A stretch of 64,000 nt of DNA from Piromyces finnis finn (lineage: Eukaryota; Fungi; Neocallimastigomycota). The position numbers and the translations under genes were made by a program. Location of the stretch: contig MCFH01000021.1 in assembly GCA_002104945.1 (NCBI GenBank), positions 682,001 through 746,000 on the forward strand, written 5' to 3'. Of the stretch, positions 55,281 through 64,000 are shown one piece after another (the first letter of the stretch is position 1; each line of letters opens with the position of its first letter). The notes under the pieces are model-generated. The model made no database searches. It was given only the letters and a program-made list of their open reading frames with translations, and was not told the origin of the DNA.

Positions 55281-56265
55281 TAATACTGAATGAAACAAAT
55301 TTTGATTTAAGAAAATATTACAATAATAGTAACGATTTATATGATAATTCTTATTTAATTATTATTATTATATTAATAACTTGATATCTATACATACTAA
55401 ACTATATGATAAAAAGTTTTACAAAGAAAAAATAATATTGAATCATATGAACTATAAAGACTAATATCTATAATAGTTAAATACTAAAAATATATTAATA
55501 TTTATGTTTATATAATAATTTTAAAAAATAAAAATATATTTATATATTAATATTTATGTTTATATAATAATAAGTTAAAAAAAAAACAATTTTTTTATCA
55601 TAAATTAAAAAATTTAAAATAAAGAATATTATTTATTTTTATTGAATATTGTAAAGTTGATTTCATTATTCTATAATTTCGTTATAGTATTTCTCTTTAT
55701 CATTATTAATCTCATTATTTATATATATATAACAATATACATATTTCTCTATATCTAGTCTTAACTATTTATTTATTTATTTATACTAAAATACTATTAT
55801 TTACTTATTTATTATATATATCTCTTCCTCCTACTTGTCAAGTAATATAAAATGTATCGAATTCATTCATTCTTGGCTTCGTGTAACCAATAACTAAATT
55901 GACAACTTTTAAATTAAATGATAGTTGAATAAATTAAATATCTACAATTTTATTAATAATATTTATTTCTATAAAGTGTTATAGATCAACAATACATTTA
56001 AAATATATTTTACACTGCCTATTAAAAAATCGTTAATATAAAATTATAAAAATATTAATTAACAGTTCGTTATATCTTCTTGGGAAAACATTAACCTATC
56101 TTTAATATTATTTTTGTTTTTTTTTTAAATAAAAATATAAAAGGTTTTATTAAGTTTAACAAAATCAATAAATTAAATAATAAATACTATTTTTTTTTTA
56201 AGCGCTATATATAATTGATTTATTCATTAATATTCTTTTTTTTTTTTTTTCAATATTAGAAAATG

Positions 56266-56310
<45 letters not shown>

Positions 56311-57280
56311 GAAAAATGTTATTGAAAATTATTAAAATAAATCATTAAATGAATTTTCTTTAACAGTAATAAAATAATAATGTCAACAATTTATAAAAAT
56401 AAAAATATTTTTTACCATCAAAATAAAAAACTTTAAATATATTTTGGAGTTTAAAATTAATACTACCTAACAAAAGTAAAAGTTTTTTTTTTTATAAAAA
56501 TATATTATAAAAAAAAGAAATACTCTAAATCTATTTTTGATGCTTATATTTAAAACTATTTTTTAATTTTCTTTTTGTAAAAATTAATAATGTGAAAAAG
56601 GACCAAAATATCTATATATTTTTCATTTTACTTTATTTATATATATATATATTTGTAATTTTAAAACTATTATTTATTTAAATTTATTTATTCATCATTA
56701 TTTCACAATTACTTTATAATATGCTTTTATATAAAATATTATTAATTTTTTAAATGTTTTGCTTTTTTTTTTTTTTTATTTTTATTATTATTATTATATT
56801 ATTATTTAAAAATTTATTATCTAACATTACTATGTTATTTTCTATTTTCGAATTAATATTCATTTATATTTTGTATATATTTTTAATAATGCTAATAAAA
56901 AATAAATAAAAAAACTATATTAATTATAACATTTTAACTTAATAATAAATTCTTAGAAATAAATAAAATAAAGAAAATAAAAATTTTCATTTTCTTAATA
57001 CATATTAAAAGGTTTGTTATTATAAAGTATAGTCTTTATTTCTCTTTATGAATTTGGAATTTTAAATATCAAAGTTATTTTCTTCTTTCTTAATTTTTTT
57101 TTTTATTTTTGACTTGATTTTTTTTTTTTTTTATTTTCCTTTTCATTTATTGCTATGATTTTAATTTATATTAACAAAATTTCCAAATTTACTAAATATG
57201 AACAAATGATTAATTTGAAAATAATTATACGAAAATAATGTGATATATAAATAAATAAGTTTATTGAATAAATAATTAAT

Positions 57281-58192
57281 CTAGATAAGTTTCTTAGTTT
57301 GGAAGAACTTTCTAAGGTAGTATAATTGCCATAAACCTAAACAGACTAAGAAAGCAATTGACCAAACAGAGAACCATTGAACACGTTCATTAGTTGATTC
57401 ATTTGTATTTCTTAAATCAATTTCTTTTTGCTTAATTTTTTCCATATCATCAACAATTTTTTCAACAATACCTTCTAATTTACGAAGTTCAATTTCGACT
57501 GGCTTAAGTTTTTCAGTTTTAGCAATTTCAGTATAATCTATAGCTTCTGGACCAGTTTCAACGGTGAATAATACATTTCTGAAATATTGATCAGATGGAA
57601 TAAGACCTTTATATTTAAATTTTATTATTTGTTGATTTTGTAACATTTTTTAATACATTTTATTGAAAAGTATTTAATAATTTATCCATTTTATTCAGTC
57701 TATTTAACACATTTTAATAAATCATAATAAATAATATTATTATATTTACCTTTAGCTAAAACATTTCTAAAACAAATTCTAATTTCGTCATTTTTAACAG
57801 TGGTGAAAGAAAATTTAACTTCATCCTTGATATCTAAACGTTTCCAATATAAACTACCACCTTCGGTATTATCGGTAATCTAATAATATTTAAAACAATA
57901 ATCATATTATTATTATTATTATTATTATTAAATAATTAATTACATTATCATTTTAAAATAAATAATGATAAAAAAAAAAGTATATTTTGATTCATACTTC
58001 AACAGAAACTTTTTGTTGTTCACCGTCAGTTACAGCAACAGTACCAGCAACTAAAATATCTGGACCAATGTTTTGAACGAAACATCTTTCAGCGTGTGGA
58101 GAACCTTCTTGACCAGCATAAAGTGAGAAACTTATAGCATTAATACTACATACAAAAGTTAAAAATAATGCTAGTATAAAATAACAATTCAT
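57281..58192 (-). CDS. ERV25: p24 delta family COPII/COPI cargo receptor (Erv25/TMED10); 3 exons
   Basis: Signal peptide, GOLD domain (ERCF...ICFRN), LKPVEIELRKLE, LRNTNESTNERV, TM segment and tail YLRKFFQTKKLI (FF + KKxx). Confidence 0.95.
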
Positions 58193-59168
58193 TTTCCTAT
58201 ATAAATATATTTGATAATAATTTATATTAAATTTATAAGTAACATTTCCTTATTTTTAACAATATTAAGTAATATTTATTTAGTTTCCTATATTTTTTAT
58301 TAAAAATTTTAATAATTTCATTAATTTTTTAAATTTCATCTAAATCCATAAATATTAATTTATTTTTAATTATCTTGATATTATAATTTATGAAAATTGT
58401 ATAATTAATATTTTCCCGTTAAATCTTACAAAGTATATAAGTAAATATCTATAATTGATGTTACATTATTTTACATTAAATTTATTTCAAATAACAAATT
58501 ATTATACATCAACATATATTTTTCTTTTTTTCTTTTCCTTTTTTTAGTATTAATATTATTAATTTATTAATTTGTATTGTATTAAAAGGAATTAAAATTG
58601 TTTTAATTTAAATTATTATTGATGTTATAAACTTTTTTTTTTTTTTTTTAATTCTTATCTATTTACTATTTTAATTAACTTTTATTTCTTTTTTCATTTA
58701 TATATATCATATTGCATTTTTATTTGAATTTATTTTAATATGAATTGAAAACGACAAAAAATAGGTAATATTAAAATTAAGATTATATTAAATTTAAAAG
58801 ATGTATGATTTAAAAATTGTTTATATTTTATATATTTACTTTATTATTATTATTTTTTTTTATTTTTGTTTTTATTTTGTTTTGTTTATTATTTATTTTC
58901 GTTGGATTAGATATCTATTTATTTTATTTTTTATTTATTTATTTTTAAATTCTACTTTTTTGTTTTATATTTATTTATTATTTTTTTTTATTTATTTTTA
59001 TTTTATTTTTATTTTTTTATTCTTGATTTAAAAATAAATACAATTAAAAGGTTTAAAATATTATTTATTTTAAATAAAATATAAAATTGTTTTTAATATC
59101 AATATTACTTTAAAATATTAATTATTTATTATTATTTATTATATAAATAATAAATATAGATTTATAGA

Positions 59169-59311
59169 AACCAATTAACCAATTATATTAATATATATAA
59201 TAAATCTTTTTAATATTTATTTATTGACTGTTTTCATCAATTTTTATATAAAAACATATTTAATTACATTATGCTACGTTCTATAGCAAATACAATTCTT
59301 TCTACCAATCA
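59169..59311 (+). promoter_or_regulatory. Three CCAAT boxes upstream of DPH5
   Basis: AACCAATT twice in tandem (59169-59184) and TACCAATCA (59303-59311), about 130-270 bp upstream of the ATG. Confidence 0.4.
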
Positions 59312-59437
59312 ACTTTCATATATTTAATAAAATTTTAAAATTTATATAATACGAAATTTTAAAATTTGTGAAGCTTCACAAAAAAAAAAATAAAATAAAA
59401 TAAAATAAAATTTTAACAATAGAAATAATAAAGGAAA

Positions 59438-60896
59438 ATGGTTTTCTACGTTGTTGGTCTTGGTTTATCTGATGAATATGATATTACTTTAAAGGGTTTA
59501 GAAGCTGTCAAATCCTGTGAAAGAATATATTTAGAAGCATACACTAGTATTTTAATGGTTGATAAAGAAAGATTGGTATGAAATTAAATTTAAGAAATGC
59601 AAAATTTAAATTTATATATTGAAATACTTTTTTAAAACAATTGTTGGATGCATTGAATGTCTATATTTATTATTAAAGAAGCAATTTATTAAATATAATA
59701 AAAAACAATATAATAATGAAAGTAATAATGTGATAATTAAAACTATATGGTTTATTTAATAAATAATAAATAGGAAAAATTATATGGTCATGAAGTCATT
59801 CTTGCTGATCGTGATATGGTCGAATCTGACTCCGATACAATTTTAAAGGATGCTGACAAGGTTAATGTTGCCTTTTTAGTCGTTGGTGATCCATTCGGGT
59901 ATGTATTTAATAAAATTATTACAGTTATAATATCGATTTTTTTTTTTTTGACATTTTATTTATCATAAAATATAAATATAGTGCCACAACTCACACTGAT
60001 TTAGTTCTTCGTGCTCGTTCACAAAATATCGAAGTTAAAACTATTCACAATGCATCAGTTATGAACGCTATTGGTTGTTGTGGTTTACAATTATATAACT
60101 ATGGTCAAACTGTATCAATTGTATTCTTCACCGAAACTTGGAGACCAGATAGTTTCTATCCAAAAATTAAGGCCAACCGTGATATTGATCTTCACACTTT
60201 ATGTTTATTAGGTAATTTAAATTTTTTTTAAAATAAATAATTATTATCTATTATTAATTAATATAAAAATGTTTTAATATTTGTATTTCGCTTAATAATT
60301 TTCCTGAATATAGATATCAAGGTTAAGGAACAAACTATTGAAAATCTTATTAAGTAATAAAATAATAAATTTAACAAATTGATATTATATAAATATTTTT
60401 AAACATTAGTTTATTGAAAATAAATATATAACAATATTTTATATAAACAACATAAATAGGGGAAATAAGATCTTTGAACCACCAAGATACATGACTATCA
60501 ATCAATGTGTTGAACAATTATTAGAAGTTGAAGAAAAGCGTGGTGAAAATGGTAAAATAAAAATATTATATATAAAAAATAATATAATATTGAATTAAAA
60601 ACTAAGAATATAATAAACATAAAATTATAATAAATAATAATATATAATTTATGTTATTATTATTTGATGTAGTTTACAACAAGAATACTATTGGTGTTGG
60701 TTTAGCCCGTGTTGGATGTGAAGATCAACAAATCGTTGCTGGTACTTTTGAAGAATTACTTACATATGATTTCGGTAAACCATTACACTCCTTTGTTATT
60801 CCAGGAAAAATGCATTTCTTAGAAGCTGATGTTTTAAAGGAATATGCTATTAACAAGGAAACTTTTGAAAAATATGCTGATATTTCACAACATTAA
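59438..60896 (+). CDS. DPH5: Diphthine methyl ester synthase; 6 exons
   Basis: [24 protein letters not shown]...[17 protein letters not shown]|[41 protein letters not shown]|[25 protein letters not shown]. Confidence 0.97.
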
Positions 60897-61364
60897 ATAT
60901 TAACATTTTTATTTATTTATAGAATATATTATCATAATTATCATTAAAAATAATAATACAAAAAAAAAAAATAAAAAAAAAGATAGAAGGAAACAAGAAA
61001 CTTGTAGTTATAATGAAAAAAAAATAATATATATATAAAATTATATATTAAGTTAAATATTGTTAATTAACAAAATAAATGTTAAATAATTACAATTAAA
61101 TTAAAAGATTATATTAATATATTTTTATTTTTATATTAATATATTAGTAATTATTTTGTACATTATATCATTTTATAGATATGTATATTTTGTGATGATT
61201 AGAAGAAAAAAAAAAAAATATTATAAACAATTAAGATATGAGATATTTAGTATTGATTATAAAAGTATATTGATTAAATTATGTAACATAGAGAAAATTA
61301 AAAAAAAAAAAAGAAAAAAAATATGATGAAATAATGTATATTGAATTAAAGTTTTATAATAATT

Positions 61365-63827
61365 TTAAACTATTGTAATAGTTTTGTTTTTTATATCTTT
61401 TCTAAATAGATAATAAGGAAGATAAAACATTAATGATGTTAAAATTGTAAAGGCAATATTAATTTCGGCAAATTGTCCGTTAAAAACATTAACTACAAGA
61501 TATTCAACAATATATTGTCCAAAATTAACAACGGAAGATATTAAATTCATTAAACCATATACTCTTCCAAAAGTCTTAAATCCAAATCTAATATGTATAT
61601 TTTTACAATATAAATCATTGTAATTAAATAGTTTTTAATATTAAAATAAGTATATATTAGTTAATTACGTTTTTGTAGCAAAATCATTTCCAGAGGTATA
61701 CAATAATGGTCTCATGAATACAAATATAATAATACTTAGGAATTGAAGAGATAAAGATGGAATAAGCCTGAAATATATTATATAAAAACATTTTATATTA
61801 ATACCATTTTTAATTATATTTTTAATTCTTTATATAAATATACTTACGAAATTATACCAAATATTAATGCCATAAAACATAATACTGTAAAAGTAATATA
61901 CATTTTGAAATTATCTAATAGCCATCCGATTGGCATTATTGATACTAGAATAATTATTAGTTAATAAAAATGTTATTATATTGAATAGTATGAAATACTA
62001 TTTATTGATATTTACAAACACCAGCAAGTGGTAGCATAATATTAAAAAATTGAATAGTATTTTTTATTCCTATTTAATAATTATATTATTTAATATAATA
62101 TTCATCATATTTTTCTTTTTTTTTTTTTTTTTAATGTAAAAAAGTATTTCAAGAAATATATATTACCTTTTTCATCATTACTAATAGTTTGCATTTGTTC
62201 TTCTGTTGTACTTATGTAGAAATTTAATCTTATCATAAATATTGATGTTAAAAGTGTGATTAAACTTTATAATATTATTATAATAGAAATTTCTCATTAG
62301 TAAATTCCTTTTTTTTTTTTTTTTTGTTTTAATTTACAATTTTAATATTAAAAAAAATCAATATTAGAATTAATATATACATATATTCTTTTGTTTTCAT
62401 TTGTTCCCATGAAGACATTTCTTTTATATCTTTAACTTTATTTTCGTTTTGTTCATGTTGTGAAATAATGGATTGATAATTGGATATTGCTGTTGGAAGG
62501 TCTTCTTCTTCATCTTTTGAACCTAATAAACTTGAAGTTTCATTTGGTTCATTATTGATTTGTTGATTACTTGTTTCGGACCATTGCAAAGATGTTTCCG
62601 GCATTAAAAATGAATTTGCTATATATACATATTATTTGTTGTTAATTAAACATTAAGGTTTTAATAATTATATAAATAAACAATATTTAAATACCAATAA
62701 AAATAATAACTGGAACTATCATATATATTAAGAAGAATGTTTGAATAGAATATTTTCTATCGAAATAATAAAATAATTTCTAAATAAAAAAAATATAAAA
62801 TAATAATATTTAATTACAAAGGATAAACAAATATGTTATCATATATATTTATATAGATATATATTACATTAAATAATAAAAATATAATGGAACTGGCATC
62901 AAAACTTCCAGTTAATGCTGCCATAATAAGACCAGATTTATTCGGAAAAACTGTACTAAAATGTAATGTCTTTTTTATTATTTAAAATTAGAAAAAAAAA
63001 ACAAGTAATATTTAAGTTTACTTAATAGTTACTCACCGAAATAAAAATAAAAGGACCTGCAATTCCTAACAATAAAAATCCAACTAAATAGCCATTAAAG
63101 GCTATTAAAATAAATAATATAATATTTTCTTTAATTTTAACGTTAAAATTAATATAGGTTGAAAATTCTTTTTATCTTACTTGGTCCACTTAAACCGAAT
63201 AATAAGCAACCGAGAAAGAACAAAATGCTTCCAATATAACAAGAAACTCTAGGTCCATATTTATCTAATATATATCCAATTGGAAGAGAGAAAGCCTAAT
63301 AAAAATTTATTTATTAAATATATCTATTAATATCTTTGTTTAATCCATTTTATAATTTTAATCACTTACATTAGTAGCAGTGGAAGCTAATGAGAACATT
63401 AAACTAAATTTTAATATTTGTTCATTGCACTATAAAATAATTTTAAAATTAATTTTATATATATGTTGAAATAAAAGGAAAAAAACATTATTAAATATTT
63501 ACTTGAGTTATTTCACCATTTTGTTCAACATTTTCACATAATTCAAAATATACTTTATTTTCAATTAAAATGGATTTTAATGCTTGAAAACTATATAAAA
63601 AAAGTTTAAAATATTAAATATCATTGTTAGGTTATTTCTGTTATTGAATTAAAATAAGAATAAAGATTTTACCCAAATATAATTCCAGAAGTTGTTAGTG
63701 CCGAAAATACACCAAAAACAACTAAAAGAATTTTTCTTGTAAAACTTAATTCTTTATATAGATATCAATAATTAATACCCTTATTATAACATATATAATT
63801 TTAATTATTTTTACCTGTAATTTCCAT
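61365..63827 (-). CDS. FMP42: MFS transporter, FMP42/SLC43 (LAT3)-like; ~13 exons
   Basis: TTSGIIFG|FQALKSILIENKVYFELC, PIGYILDKYGPR, GIAGPFIFIS, FPNKSGLIMAALTGSFDASS, MIRLNFYIST, PIGWLLD, FGFKTFGRVYG. Pattern recalled from yeast Fmp42. Confidence 0.8.
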
Positions 63828-64000
63828 TTAGGTATTAATAAATGTTACTTTAGATATATTGTAAATTTTTATTATAATGTTGATATTGTATTTATAATTA
63901 TGTAATAATATTCTTATTTATCGACTTAATATAAAATATTTTAATTTATTTTTATATCATTTTAAACTTCAAAAAAAAAAAAAAAAGTTTCCTCTTTTTT

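Noticed and set aside
58801-59031. 76-aa Phe/Ile/Tyr-rich ORF resembling a membrane peptide
   Set aside because: T-rich low-complexity DNA in the ERV25/DPH5 promoter gap; such ORFs arise by chance in poly-T tracts.

Overview
Extremely AT-rich, intron-dense eukaryotic genomic DNA, most consistent with an anaerobic gut fungus (Neocallimastigomycota; inferred from base composition, poly-Asn tracts and a lineage-typical solute-binding-protein/7TM receptor). By splicing exons by hand I reconstruct 16 protein-coding genes. These are: a PRPP synthetase with a Prs5-type loop insertion, a 74-aa secreted peptide gene absent from the ORF track, two large disordered proteins of unknown function, importin-9, UTP6, an Atos/FAM214 homolog with an Atg13-HORMA-like N-terminus, a DUF4203 membrane protein, an SBP-7TM receptor, RabGGTase alpha with metazoan-like insert and LRR, exocyst SEC3, a FYVE-less ANCHR/ZFYVE19-like protein with three MIM1-like motifs, a class VI-type chitin synthase, p24delta (ERV25/TMED10), DPH5 and an FMP42/SLC43-like MFS transporter. 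The most striking signal is two AT-AC introns with ATATCCTTT 5' splice sites (U12 minor-spliceosome type), one in importin-9 and one in RabGGTase alpha; without them both genes look broken. I saw no tRNA, rRNA, CRISPR array or recognisable transposon. Gene identities rest on motif recognition from memory, not database searches.
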